A stretch of 61,557 bases of DNA, filler included, from 6 parts of 6 records of this genome joined end to end with filler, not necessarily neighbours in it; one strand, 5' to 3'. Positions 1 through 10,608 are shown, numbered from the whole stretch's first letter. Numbers and translations are program-made. The notes: generated by a model not told the origin, from the letters alone.

Positions 1-16
1 TTTTTTATCTTCCAAT

Positions 17-1027
17 TTAGAACTGTTTCAGAAATTCCACGTCATTTTCAAACAGGATACGAATGTCATTTATACCCAAACGCATCATGACCATACGCTC
101 AACCCCCAGTCCAAAAGCGAATCCGGAGTATTCTTCCGGATCAATATTTACCGCTTTCAAAACGTTGGGATCTACCATACCGCATCCCATGATCTCGAGC
201 CATCCGGTATTTTTACATACGCGGCAACCTTTTCCTCCGCAAAGGAAACAAGATACATCGATCTCTGCTGAGGGCTCGGTAAAGGGGAAATAAGATGTGC
301 GGAATTTGATCTTTACGTCTTTACCGTAATACATACGGCAAAATAACTCGATCGTCCCTTTTAAGTCGGCAAAGGTAATATCCTTGTCAACATACAAACC
401 TTCGATCTGGTGGAACAGACAGTATGAACGTGCAGAGATTGCTTCGTTACGAAAAACACGTCCGGGAGCCACGATCCTGATAGGCGGTTCATTTTTGGAC
501 ATGAATCTTGTTTGCACAGGTGAGGTATGTGTACGAAGAACGCCGCCACCTTCGGTATAGAAAGTATCCTGCATATCACGTGCCGGATGGTTTGGCGGAA
601 AATTCAGGGATTCGAAGTTAAACCAATCTGTTTCAACTTCAGGTCCATAAGCAATATCAAAACCAATGCGTTTAAAGATGGACAACATGTCATCCACAGC
701 CTGGGTTAACGGGTGACGGGATCCTTTAGGCATGGAATACCCGGGCATCGTATAATCGACCCATTCTTTTTTTGTATCACCACTTGCGGAAGTCGCGATT
801 GTATTATCAAGTTGAGATTGAAGCTTGATCTTAAGTTCGTTCAGCATCCGCCCTACATCTTTTTTTTCTTCGGGTGGAATTTCTCCCATTAATGAAAAAA
901 GGCCTGCCACCTTTCCCTTTCTCCCGAGAAACGTATTCTTAATTTCTTCAAGAGAGAGCTTATCTTTGGCTTTGGCAAGCGCTTCTTCAAACTGCTTCTG
1001 AACTTCGAGTATCGTATCTTTGATCAT
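17..1027 (-). CDS. pheS: Phenylalanyl-tRNA synthetase alpha subunit
   Basis: HPARDMQDTFY, LRTHTSPVQ, YFPFTEPSAE and GFAFGLGVER motifs; follows rplT. Confidence 0.97.
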   Translation of the reverse strand: MIKDTILEVQKQFEEALAKAKDKLSLEEIKNTFLGRKGKVAGLFSLMGEIPPEEKKDVGRMLNELKIKLQSQLDNTIATSASGDTKKEWVDYTMPGYSMPKGSRHPLTQAVDDMLSIFKRIGFDIAYGPEVETDWFNFESLNFPPNHPARDMQDTFYTEGGGVLRTHTSPVQTRFMSKNEPPIRIVAPGRVFRNEAISARSYCLFHQIEGLYVDKDITFADLKGTIELFCRMYYGKDVKIKFRTSYFPFTEPSAEIDVSCFLCGGKGCRVCKNTGWLEIMGCGMVDPNVLKAVNIDPEEYSGFAFGLGVERMVMMRLGINDIRILFENDVEFLKQF

Positions 1028-1107
1028 AGTGCAATTTTTTTCGTATTTATCGCCTAACGTTCCGGCATCTACCGGACGGGCATGGTTAATTATATCTGTC
1101 AGCTAAA

Positions 1108-1455
1108 TTATTTCTTTACTGTTTCGACCAACTTTGCAAATGCTTCTGGCTGATGGATTGCCATTTCACTCAGCTGCTTACGATTAATCTCCACACCCTT
1201 TTCACCGAGTAGATAGATAAATCGTGAATAACTTAAACCGTGCTGACGTACAGCAGCATTGATTCGAGTGATCCACAATTTACGGAAATCACGTTTTTTC
1301 TGTCGACGGTCACGATATGCGTAAACCCAACCGCGTTCAACAGCTTCAACTGCAGTTTTATATAATTTGCGACGCGCACCGAACTGACCCTTTGCCAGTT
1401 TAACTATTTTCCGGTGTCTGCGATGTCTTGGTACTGAACTATTTGCTCTTGGCAT
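1108..1455 (-). CDS. rplT: 50S ribosomal protein L20
   Basis: AYRDRRQKKRDFRKLWITRINAA motif; infC-rpmI-rplT order. Confidence 0.98.
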   Translation of the reverse strand: MPRANSSVPRHRRHRKIVKLAKGQFGARRKLYKTAVEAVERGWVYAYRDRRQKKRDFRKLWITRINAAVRQHGLSYSRFIYLLGEKGVEINRKQLSEMAIHQPEAFAKLVETVKK

Positions 1456-1482
1456 ATTAAAACTCCTTTCAAGTCTCTGGGA

Positions 1483-1677
1483 TTATATTCCCAACATTCT
1501 GTTTACGCGTTTTGAATCCGCTGATGAAATACCAGCCTGCTCGCGCAGTTTACGGATCCTTTTTGTGCTCTTCTTCGTCAGAATGTGACTTGCATAGGCT
1601 TTTTTTCTTTTAATTCTGCCTGATCCGGTTACCTTGAACCGTTTTGCTGCACCACGATTTGTTTTCATCTTGGGCAT
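1483..1677 (-). CDS. rpmI: 50S ribosomal protein L35
   Basis: [27 protein letters not shown]. Confidence 0.98.
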   Translation of the reverse strand: MPKMKTNRGAAKRFKVTGSGRIKRKKAYASHILTKKSTKRIRKLREQAGISSADSKRVNRMLGI

Positions 1678-1687
1678 GTGTAACTCC

Positions 1688-2233
1688 TTACTTTTTGGCG
1701 GCGAGATAAGCCGTTAGAAAGCGTCCCTCTTGTTTGGGAGCTTTATCGATTTTTGCAACATCTTCAAGAAGTGCGATCACCTTATTGATGGTATCCTGCC
1801 CCATTTCCTGGTGGGCCATTTCCCGGCCACGGAACATAACGGATATCTTTACCCTGTCACCGACTTCAATGAACTCACGGATCTTGCGAACCTTGGTCTC
1901 AATATCGTGAGTGTCGGTATGCGGGCGGAAGCGTACTTCTTTTACGGTAATAACATGCTGCTTTTTCTTGTTGATCTTCTCGCGCTTTTGTTGTTCGTAC
2001 TTATACTTACCGTAATCTATGATCTTACATACGGGGGGATTGGCATTTGGTGAAATTTCCACCAGATCCAGATCTCTTTTCTCAGCTATTTCCAGCGCCT
2101 CTCGTACGTCTACGATCCCTATTAATCCACCATCCTCAGAGATAAGTCTTACCTCTTTGGCCCTGATGGCATTATTAATTCTTGTCGTGTCTTCTTTTTG
2201 TCTCGGATTCGGTCTCATTGGTCGTGAGATAAT
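1688..2233 (-). CDS. infC: Translation initiation factor IF-3; probable non-AUG start (ATT 2233 or ATC 2230)
   Basis: [52 protein letters not shown] immediately precedes in-frame ATT-ATC. Confidence 0.96.
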   Translation of the reverse strand: MISRPMRPNPRQKEDTTRINNAIRAKEVRLISEDGGLIGIVDVREALEIAEKRDLDLVEISPNANPPVCKIIDYGKYKYEQQKREKINKKKQHVITVKEVRFRPHTDTHDIETKVRKIREFIEVGDRVKISVMFRGREMAHQEMGQDTINKVIALLEDVAKIDKAPKQEGRFLTAYLAAKK

Positions 2234-2416
2234 AACTCCTTTAAAATTATACACTCTAATATAAATAATCCAATTCCCTCAAACAAAGGAATTTGAGCCA
2301 AATATACCGCACTAAGTGCTTAATTCACAATAGTTTTTTTAGATTTGTTCAAAATTGTATTGTTTGTTTATCGCTCGCCATGGCGTGTCGCTACAATATT
2401 TTAACTGCCATTGTGT

Positions 2417-4177
2417 CTACAATATATCAAGCAACGCTTTCGCCGCCTTTTCAGGGCCATCTTGTTCGTAGCCCGAAACACCTAATCTTGTTCGGAATTG
2501 ACCAACGAAAATATCGTTTTTATACAAGGTTTCAAAAAAGCGTTTTGCGATCGTTTCATGAAGGTTTTTATACTGAACAGGACCGAAAATATTGGCAAAA
2601 TACGAGTGGATCAAACCGGTAGACGTCGTCGTGCCTTTGCTCATCGCTGTTCCGTCACGAAATATCTCAAGTGCTTTTTCTGCAGAATTCAGTTTATCGA
2701 TCACGGGATGGTCTTCATCCACTTCTTCATAGTTGTTCGCATACAGAACAAGATCCACCTTATATCCTTTGATCACTTCTTCATAAGTTGTAACGGGAAG
2801 AACGATCCGGGCGTTAATTTTGCTGGGACTCATGATAATGGAGCGGTCTATCTGACCGAAAGCATACCCCGGTTGCAAGTCATCAAGACGAACAAATGCA
2901 CCTACTTCCGTTCCATATCCGATCACCTCCCCTTTTTCATTGATATCCAGAGATCCCATATCATCGGCAATGATAAGCATTTCTTTGATCTGGTCTTCCC
3001 CGATGATACGCAGAGCTTCAAGAGATTCGGATTTTCCGGTACCGCTTTCACCAATGACCAAGACATTCTTTGTGCGGTCATCTTTGGTAATGATCCTCAT
3101 CATTGCACCATGGAAAGGCATTTTATCACGTTTCATCATAATGATATTATGCAAGGTCAGGATCATTTTCTTTAAATAACCAAAATATCCATAAATATCG
3201 TCGTTCGGCACAGCTCCAACCAATAGGTCATTTTCTTTATCTTCATAAAAAACGGTAGGCATGGATGCCAAGCCGTCCAATGATCCGGATGGAGTTCCAT
3301 ATAAATAAATTGCGTCGGGTTTTCTTTCAAGATACTCGTCATCAGCCAGTTCAAATAGATTACAAAGTGTGAAACCCAGTTCAAAGAAACGTTCATGAAC
3401 ATAAACAAGGATCAGCAAGGATCCCACTTTAGCCGGATAACAGATCCATTCACTGCTTTTCACGTCGACCAAGTCCATGGGATTAACATCAACCTGCTCA
3501 AATTTTCCGCTTCGCTTGTTCATGGGTGGATCAAGCAATAATGGCGGATATAAAAGCATCTGTCTGATTGAGGGTATCTTTTCCAATTGATGATATTTCT
3601 TCGAATGCGGAAGTTCAAGGTCTTTCGTTCTTGTAATGATACCCAACTCTCCACCTGCTGCAACCTGCCTATAAACATTCGGATGTCTACCGATAATATG
3701 TTCTTCGATATCCCGGTATGTTTGTCTTACCAGGTGCATGAGGGTCTCAATGGTAGAATTGAACGTCCGGTATGGCCGTTTATCCAAAGGAAAGGTATCC
3801 GAATCACAAATAATGAAACGTTCGAAGGTTCTCCAATAATTGTATAGCCCCTCGACGAATTCCTGTAATAAATTGGGATTTTTTATAAAACTGTCAACAT
3901 CATCAAGCAATTTAGGAACCGATGCAAGCCCCATTTTTTCCAATACGCGGAAAACTTCGATCAATTTTCTTATGTCGCTATTCACGATCTTGGACCGTTC
4001 TTTGCCGAAAACATCCAGCAATCCGGATTCTTTTTTCTTTAGATCACGAATATATCTTTCAACAACATCAAGAAATAAGGTACTGGTCAGCAATTCCTCG
4101 GGTGTTTCACAGATCCGGTCTTTCAGACGAAGGACCACTTTGTTATCGACGAATTTTGCGGAGCCGTAGTTTTCCAT
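2417..4177 (-). CDS. Atypical phosphoenolpyruvate carboxykinase-family P-loop protein
   Basis: PEPCK-like motif series GYLKKM, PFHGAM, GESGTGKS, IADDM, GTEVGAFVR, NARIVLP. Confidence 0.7.
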   Translation of the reverse strand: MENYGSAKFVDNKVVLRLKDRICETPEELLTSTLFLDVVERYIRDLKKKESGLLDVFGKERSKIVNSDIRKLIEVFRVLEKMGLASVPKLLDDVDSFIKNPNLLQEFVEGLYNYWRTFERFIICDSDTFPLDKRPYRTFNSTIETLMHLVRQTYRDIEEHIIGRHPNVYRQVAAGGELGIITRTKDLELPHSKKYHQLEKIPSIRQMLLYPPLLLDPPMNKRSGKFEQVDVNPMDLVDVKSSEWICYPAKVGSLLILVYVHERFFELGFTLCNLFELADDEYLERKPDAIYLYGTPSGSLDGLASMPTVFYEDKENDLLVGAVPNDDIYGYFGYLKKMILTLHNIIMMKRDKMPFHGAMMRIITKDDRTKNVLVIGESGTGKSESLEALRIIGEDQIKEMLIIADDMGSLDINEKGEVIGYGTEVGAFVRLDDLQPGYAFGQIDRSIIMSPSKINARIVLPVTTYEEVIKGYKVDLVLYANNYEEVDEDHPVIDKLNSAEKALEIFRDGTAMSKGTTTSTGLIHSYFANIFGPVQYKNLHETIAKRFFETLYKNDIFVGQFRTRLGVSGYEQDGPEKAAKALLDIL

Positions 4178-4302
4178 AAAAACCCTTTGTTGTTTTCCCG
4201 ATCATACAAAACCGGGGATTGTCCGGAATGTCGTGAATAATAATTCACTTATTCGACTATATTTCCGGGCATATTCAAAAGGGAACAATTAGATCAATAG
4301 CT

Positions 4303-6225
4303 TTAATCCCGGCTATTTACTTGTTCCTTCAATAAGTTGATCATGTCTTCAACCGGCATTGCCGCCAGTTCTTCACCACCCTGATGACGCAATTTAACCA
4401 TGCCGCTTTCTTCTTCCTGCTGACCGATAACGATCATATAGGGAACTTTCAGGGTTTCGGCCTCGCGGATCTTATATCCCACACGCTCATTACGTGCATC
4501 CAATTCAACTCTGATGTCGGCTTTTTTCAGATCTTTTGTGATCTTCCCGGCAACATCATTGTACTTTTCCGAAACCGGAATAACCTTCAACTGAACCGGA
4601 GCGTACCAAAGCGGGAATTTTCCTGCGGTATGTTCGATCAGTACACCAATAAAGCGTTCTAAAGATCCCATAATAGCTCTATGGATCACAAATGGACGGT
4701 GTGCTTCACCATCGGCACCCGTATAGGTCATATCAAAGCGATCCGGTAAATTAAAGTCGAATTGAATGGTCGTACACTGCCATAGACGTCCGATGGCATC
4801 TTTGATCTTGATATCGATCTTGGGGCCATAGAATGCTCCCCCGCCTTCATCGACTTTATAATCGATGTCCATTTTTTCCATGGACTTACGCAGAGATTCC
4901 TGAGCCTTTTCCCAAAGTGCAGGTTCGCCCACAAATTTTTCCGCCGGTTTAGTGGACAGATACAATTCATATTCATTGAAACCGAAAGCTTTTAGAAAAT
5001 CAAATGAGAACTGGAGTAATTTTTCAACTTCCTTATTTAATTGCTCGGGTGTACAGAAAATATGTGCATCATCCTGAGTAAAACCGCGAACACGCATCAA
5101 GCCGTGTAGTGCGCCGGAAAGTTCATAACGATAAACTGTTCCAAGTTCGGCATAACGGATCGGCAGATCACGATATGAGGTTTGATGACGTTTATATACC
5201 ATGATATGGAATGGGCAGTTCATTGGTTTCAGGTAATAATCCTGATTTTCCACCGGCATCACCGGGTACATGGATTCTTTATAAAAGCTAAGGTGACCGG
5301 ACGTTTCCCAAAGTTCGGCTTTGCCGATATGGGGAGTTTGAATAATTTCATAATCGCGATCACGATGTTCTTTATGCCAGTAATCTTCGATCATTTTTCG
5401 CATCGTGGCACCTTTGGGATACCATAATGATAAACCCTGGCCAACTGTATCAGAGATCTCAAACAGATCCAATTCTTTTCCCAATTTGCGATGGTCGCGT
5501 TTTTTCGCTTCTTCCATTAATTCAAGATAAGCTTTCAACTCTTTCTTTGAAGGAAAAGCCGTACCGTAAATACGTGAGAGCATTTTATTCTTCTCATCAC
5601 CACGCCAATAAGCACCCGCTACACTCAATAGCTTAAATGCGGGGATCTTGCCGGTAGACGGGATGTGAGGACCATGGCACAGATCGGTGAAATCACCTTG
5701 TGAATACAGGCTAAGAATTTCATCTTCAGGGATCTCTGAAATGATCTCAACTTTGTAATCTTCACCCATTTTATCGAAAAGCTTAATGGCATCGTTTCGG
5801 GAGATCTCTTGTCGTGTAACAGGAAGATTTTCTTTAACGATCTTCTTCATTTCAGCTTCGATCTTTACCAGATCTTCTTCGGTAAAAGGTTTTTCTGTGT
5901 CAAAATCATAATAAAAGCGATTTTCAATGGCCGGACCGATCGTCACTTTAACCTCAGGGAACAGGCGCTGTACAGCCTGTGCCATCACGTGAGCCGTACT
6001 GTGTAATAGGACATCATGTGCTTCTTCATCTCTCCAGGTGATCAAACGAACCTCGGCATCCTCTTCGATATGAGCATTCATATCTGTCAGACGGTGGTTG
6101 ACCTCGGCAACAACGCAATTGCGCGCTAAACCTTCGCTAATGGATAAAGCAATATCCATTGCAGTCACACCCCGGTCGAATACTTTGACGGAGCCATCAG
6201 GAAGCGTAATGTTCACTTGAGGCAT
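4303..6225 (-). CDS. thrS: Threonyl-tRNA synthetase
   Basis: N-terminal TGS domain, HSTAH, RDHRKLGKELDLF, KPMNCPFH, RVRGFTQDDAHIF, GAFYGPKID. Confidence 0.98.
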   Translation of the reverse strand: MPQVNITLPDGSVKVFDRGVTAMDIALSISEGLARNCVVAEVNHRLTDMNAHIEEDAEVRLITWRDEEAHDVLLHSTAHVMAQAVQRLFPEVKVTIGPAIENRFYYDFDTEKPFTEEDLVKIEAEMKKIVKENLPVTRQEISRNDAIKLFDKMGEDYKVEIISEIPEDEILSLYSQGDFTDLCHGPHIPSTGKIPAFKLLSVAGAYWRGDEKNKMLSRIYGTAFPSKKELKAYLELMEEAKKRDHRKLGKELDLFEISDTVGQGLSLWYPKGATMRKMIEDYWHKEHRDRDYEIIQTPHIGKAELWETSGHLSFYKESMYPVMPVENQDYYLKPMNCPFHIMVYKRHQTSYRDLPIRYAELGTVYRYELSGALHGLMRVRGFTQDDAHIFCTPEQLNKEVEKLLQFSFDFLKAFGFNEYELYLSTKPAEKFVGEPALWEKAQESLRKSMEKMDIDYKVDEGGGAFYGPKIDIKIKDAIGRLWQCTTIQFDFNLPDRFDMTYTGADGEAHRPFVIHRAIMGSLERFIGVLIEHTAGKFPLWYAPVQLKVIPVSEKYNDVAGKITKDLKKADIRVELDARNERVGYKIREAETLKVPYMIVIGQQEEESGMVKLRHQGGEELAAMPVEDMINLLKEQVNSRD

Positions 6226-6286
6226 TTTATGTCCTTTCTTTTATCAATCGTAAAAAATAATGCTAATTTACTTAATATTCAATGCT

Positions 6287-8053
6287 TTATTTCAGCAATA
6301 CCACTTTTTGTGTCAATATTTCATTTGCATGAAAAATCCGCAAAAGATAAACACCGGTTGCAAGGTCGGCACCATTTACACTTATCTCATGATTACCTGT
6401 CATCATCCTTCCATCCTGAAGAACTTGTCTTTCATTTCCAAGAATATCCCATAATGATATTTTCACATAGCCATCATGTTTTAATTCAAGAGGAAGAATG
6501 CAAGAAGGATTAAAGGGATTGGGATATGCACTCCCGACAATAAATGTTTGCGGTACTACCGGATCAACAGCTACAGGATATGATGTCCATGTTACGTTAT
6601 CTATTGCCACTTGCCCTGATCCGCTTGAGCTTTGGATCAGTTGGATCACGGCGTCAGTACTTACATTGATCGTGATCTCACCGCTTTCTTTAACAGATCC
6701 GCTTTCGTTATCGGATGTCACGGTAGCATATTTGACTTGGTTAACATAAAGATCCAGGCTCACATTTGTTGAATATACCTGTTTGTATTGAAAGCTTAGT
6801 GTTGCAATACCGCCTGTGATCGTACCGGATGTTACAGAAGCAGTTGGAGTTCTTCCTTTTCCCAGACAGGGGGTTTCCCCATCGATCTGCAAATCTCCCC
6901 TGCATTGATCATAATACCATGTGGATCCATCCTGGCCTGTAAAAGAACCATCCACATAGGAGGAACCGGTTTCGGGATAATTAGCAAAGGTTTCTGTGTG
7001 AGTATCTCCTGGTATAACTGAACCACCACCATTGAGCGTTACAAGGTGAATGGCATTAGAGAATTCGCTTTCTTCACTGCTGTTATAAGCTTTTACTCTG
7101 TAATAGTATTCTGTTTCAGGCATTAAGTTGCCAACATTATCACTGGTTCCGCTTATGATCTTGGGGCCGTAACCGCTAATAAATGATGTAAAGAACTCAT
7201 TGGGCGCTACATAAAGTTTGTAGGCATCGGCATTTGAAACTGAAGTCCAATTTGCCGTAAAACTTGTTGAATCGACATTCGTTGCCGCATTGGCTTGAGG
7301 TGCGCTTAAACCTGAAGGTGTTTCGCCCTCCCAAATATATGCAACATACTCAGGGTGGTCAACAAAAGGGTTGCGATTATTTTGATAACCATATATTCGA
7401 TCGTTTCTGGTTCGCTCAAAATCATCTACGGGATCTTGAGTATGCCATGCCAACAAGGTCGAAAGTTTTCCAAATATCGGACCACTTGTTCCTGTATAAT
7501 CAACTAGTTCAAGATCCGGTTCGCCACTGACATCACCTTCATATCGAACAGTCATATAAAACATCATTCTTGCGACATCACCCTTTACAGCATCACGGGG
7601 TTCCCAAGAATCGCTATCATAGTAGCATCCTGTAGCTTCAGAATGTTGTGTTCCACCATTATCGAAGTCTTTACTGCCTCTATCACTATTAACACTTACA
7701 TCAGACGGCCTTAAATGATGCATATCTGTACCAGCTGGAGGATCATTATCAAAACTACCGTGTGATTTTGCCCAAACATGTTCACGATTCCAATCAGGAT
7801 ACCACGTACTTTTTGAAAGTGATCTACCAGTATATATTAATACCAAATTGGAGCTATTATTTGGATCCTCATCAGTTTGTGGCAAAGCCGTTTTTAAATA
7901 ATCATAGGAATATTCCGTATGATTATCAATAATGTTATGCAAAGCTGTTTTTAATGCCGTTCCTGATAAACCGGCAGCATTATCATAATACCCGTCAGGA
8001 ATGGCTGCAAATGCAAGTGTTGCAAGCAGAATAAGTGTTAAGATCTTTTTCAA
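6287..8053 (-). CDS. Secreted endonuclease I (EndA/Bsn family) with FN3-like domain and C-terminal T9SS-type/FlgD-Ig-like domain
   Basis: Signal peptide; NREHVWAKSHG, TDMHHLRP, KGDVARMMFYM, QNNRNPFVDHPE; C-terminal YPNPFNP...GVYLLR...TQKVVLLK. Confidence 0.88.
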   Translation of the reverse strand: MKKILTLILLATLAFAAIPDGYYDNAAGLSGTALKTALHNIIDNHTEYSYDYLKTALPQTDEDPNNSSNLVLIYTGRSLSKSTWYPDWNREHVWAKSHGSFDNDPPAGTDMHHLRPSDVSVNSDRGSKDFDNGGTQHSEATGCYYDSDSWEPRDAVKGDVARMMFYMTVRYEGDVSGEPDLELVDYTGTSGPIFGKLSTLLAWHTQDPVDDFERTRNDRIYGYQNNRNPFVDHPEYVAYIWEGETPSGLSAPQANAATNVDSTSFTANWTSVSNADAYKLYVAPNEFFTSFISGYGPKIISGTSDNVGNLMPETEYYYRVKAYNSSEESEFSNAIHLVTLNGGGSVIPGDTHTETFANYPETGSSYVDGSFTGQDGSTWYYDQCRGDLQIDGETPCLGKGRTPTASVTSGTITGGIATLSFQYKQVYSTNVSLDLYVNQVKYATVTSDNESGSVKESGEITINVSTDAVIQLIQSSSGSGQVAIDNVTWTSYPVAVDPVVPQTFIVGSAYPNPFNPSCILPLELKHDGYVKISLWDILGNERQVLQDGRMMTGNHEISVNGADLATGVYLLRIFHANEILTQKVVLLK

Positions 8054-8287
8054 TATTCAGTCCTTTTTTATCCGCAAAAGGTAAGAAAAACAAGTGCTAA
8101 AAGCCAATTATTTCATAAATAAGACATATGCAAATTACTGAATTTTTTGCATGACTTTTTAAAGGATGCGTTATATATTGCAATAGGATAAGAAATAAAT
8201 ATAAGAATATTACATCAGCCCGGAATTATCGTTTTTCTCGAGTATAGGTTAATAAAAAAGATAAAATCACAGGAAAAAGGAGACAAA

Positions 8288-8740
8288 ATGAAGAAACTAT
8301 TAGTTGTCATCATGATCTTGGTACTTTCCGTATCATTTGCTTTTTCTCAAGAAATTGAGACAAAAGGAATGGATATCGGCTTACGTACCGGTTGGCCCTT
8401 TGGTGTATCGGCAAGATTCCCGATGGGAGATAATATGCTGGAAGCTAATGTTGGTATTGCAACAAGTCTTATCACGATCACAGGCCTTTATGAATTCCAT
8501 AAACCGCTGAAGATCGGTGAGCTTGAAGGATTTAGTTGGTACTGGGGTTTTGGTGCTCACGTCAGCTTATTGACCCTTAACTTGGGTGTAGATGCCGTGA
8601 TAGGGTTGGAATATGATTTTGAACCTCTCATCAATTTCCCATTATCTGTTTCAACAGATTGGAAACCGGCCATCAACTTGTTCCATAGCGTCGCTAGCGA
8701 TATTGCTGATGCCAGTTTAACATTCCGTTATCATTTCTAA
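8288..8740 (+). CDS. Small outer-membrane beta-barrel protein
   Basis: Signal peptide, amphipathic beta strands, C-terminal TFRYHF; AGGAG RBS. Confidence 0.7.
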   Translation: MKKLLVVIMILVLSVSFAFSQEIETKGMDIGLRTGWPFGVSARFPMGDNMLEANVGIATSLITITGLYEFHKPLKIGELEGFSWYWGFGAHVSLLTLNLGVDAVIGLEYDFEPLINFPLSVSTDWKPAINLFHSVASDIADASLTFRYHF

Positions 8741-8754
8741 GAATTTGATATAAG

Positions 8755-8791
8755 AATAAAAAAAAGCCGTCAAATGACGGCTTTTTTTATT
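8755..8791. terminator. Bidirectional rho-independent terminator
   Basis: A-tract, GCCGTCA-aa-TGACGGC stem, T-tract just after the stop at 8740. Confidence 0.88.
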
Positions 8792-8800
8792 TTCTGATAT

Positions 8801-8826
8801 GTACGGAACAGACATGTCTGTTCCGT
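8801..8826. repeat. REP-like perfect palindrome at contig end
   Basis: ACGGAACAGACATGTCTGTTCCGT (8803-8826) is a perfect 24-bp palindrome preceded by GT. Confidence 0.55.
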
Positions 8827-8926
8827 NNNNNNNNNNNNNNNNNNNNNNNNNNNNNNNNNNNNNNNNNNNNTTAATTAATTAANNNNNNNNNNNNNNNNNN
8901 NNNNNNNNNNNNNNNNNNNNNNNNNN
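8827..8926. other. Artificial contig spacer
   Basis: N44-TTAATTAATTAA-N44. Confidence 0.99.
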
Positions 8927-9645
8927 GCATTGGACACTGCATCCTGTGCGATCCGGTCCGCCCGAGATTCACCTTTGGGAACGGTACAATCAACAATCAG
9001 GCCCATCGCATCGATGGCTTTGAACACGGCTTTTCGCCGGTCAACAATATCCGTGGTAATGATCAAATAATGTCCGGATGGGAAACCTTTTTCCATGGCC
9101 GTTTGCAACAGATCCCCATCGTCCCGGGATTCAGGAACGGAGAGTTTGTTGGCGACACAATAGTCGATCAATTGAGAAAACCAGGAGAGCGGCTCACCAT
9201 CGACATCTTCCATCACCTTGTTTCTCATGGCCGGAGTTTCTAAATCTTCGAAACTCAGACCGTAAAGTGCAAGCAGGTTGAGGAAAGGCCGTGAAGCCTT
9301 CTTCCAAGAGCCGTCCTGCCCTGTCTCCACCATTTTTTCTTTGAGCCCCTTTTGTGCCCTGGTGGAATAAAAGATACGGGCGTCCCGGAACACAACCACT
9401 TTGGTACCGGAAAGCAGCGCATAGGTATTCATGCTCGTCATCGCTGCACTGATTTGCGAATCGTTCCCGTCGAATGTTTCGACGCCCATGGCCTGTTCAT
9501 TTTCAGGCAGCAGCAGGCTCAGCGTCAACCGATAGGCCTTTTTGCAAAGCAGCTCTTCACCGCAGATCAGCGTAACCGCCGGCCAATCGTCCGGTTTCGA
9601 TGCCGAGATGTGATCGGTTAAGTTGTTGTAGGAGACAATGGACAT
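8927..9645 (-). CDS. holA: DNA polymerase III delta subunit, 3' end cut by contig end
   Basis: VTLICGEELLC, MNTYALLSGTKVVVF and VDRRKAVFKAI match the HolA N-terminal clamp-loader pattern. Confidence 0.75.
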
Positions 9646-9701
9646 AGGCCTAGTTTGTGAAGGATAAGGTTGCCCAAACGGGGAACCCTGAAAGAGGCAT
9701 C

Positions 9702-10241
9702 TTAATCGGGCATTTTTCCCAACAGAAGATGGGCTAAAAAAATTGTAATTCCAATGGTAATGCCGCTGTCCGCAACATTGAATGCAGGCCAGTGATAACT
9801 TCCCACATAGACATCGAGAAAATCGACCACTTCGCCAAACCGAATGCGGTCGATAAAATTTCCGATGGCTCCCCCAAAAATCATGGCCAATGCTGTTGCC
9901 AGTGTACGATGGCTTTTGGGGGTGCTGCGATAAAAATAGACAATGAGCCCCATGGCAAAGATTGAAACGCCGATAAAAAGGAAATTTCGCAGTTCCGGAC
10001 TGCCCGTGGCCAGGAAACCGAAAGCTCCGCCAGGGTTGTGGATATGGGTAAGGTTGAAAAACCCCGGTATCACATCAATGGAATGGTACAGCGGTATTTT
10101 GGCAAGAACCAACAGTTTTGAGGCCTGATCCAGGGCCACGACCAGTCCCGAGATCAGTAAAAAGGGCGTCCACCCCCATGACGTCGTCTGTGCTTTTGAA
10201 GAGGCTTTGTTTGCTGCTGTTTCTGAATGGTTCGTCGGCAT
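9702..10241 (-). CDS. lspA: Lipoprotein signal peptidase II (start taken at ATG 10241)
   Basis: LDQASK, HNPGGAFG, GGAIGNFIDR, VVDFLD, WPAFNVAD. Confidence 0.96.
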   Translation of the reverse strand: MPTNHSETAANKASSKAQTTSWGWTPFLLISGLVVALDQASKLLVLAKIPLYHSIDVIPGFFNLTHIHNPGGAFGFLATGSPELRNFLFIGVSIFAMGLIVYFYRSTPKSHRTLATALAMIFGGAIGNFIDRIRFGEVVDFLDVYVGSYHWPAFNVADSGITIGITIFLAHLLLGKMPD

Positions 10242-10608
10242 GGCAACCTTTGTAGAGTAGGGAATACTGAAATGTGTATGCAAAATAGACATAGGGGATT
10301 TCCTGGTCCGGATCAAAACGGGTTCCCATTCCATCCCGTACTGTTGTATAGAACAACCGTTCACCCGGTCAGCCTCCAACTTCAAAACACAGCCAAAACA
10401 CAGAAAGATAGGAAATGTCAAATGTCAAAATTCAAAACTAATGAAGGATGGAGCCGGTTATAAGGGATAAGAATGCCGAAAATGGTCATTTGCCAGTTGG
10501 GATGATCACCCCCTTTCTCTCACTTGAACCTTGAAAACAGGTTGGTTTTAGGTCAATATATTTGTTTAATCAAAAAAATGGCACACTGAAATTTATCAAG
10601 GAGTTCTC

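Noticed and set aside
4220-4271. Imperfect hairpin between thrS and the PEPCK-like gene
   Set aside because: Mismatched on the transcribed strand, no U-tract, and no recognisable leader family.
8827-8926. Recurrent TTAATTAATTAA between N runs (five times)
   Set aside because: Artificial all-frame-stop spacer. ORFs containing X and apparent bacterial-archaeal juxtapositions are artefacts, not horizontal transfer.
10413-10437. Short tandem AAATGTC-like repeats upstream of the carB homolog
   Set aside because: Only 2-3 degenerate units; too weak to call.
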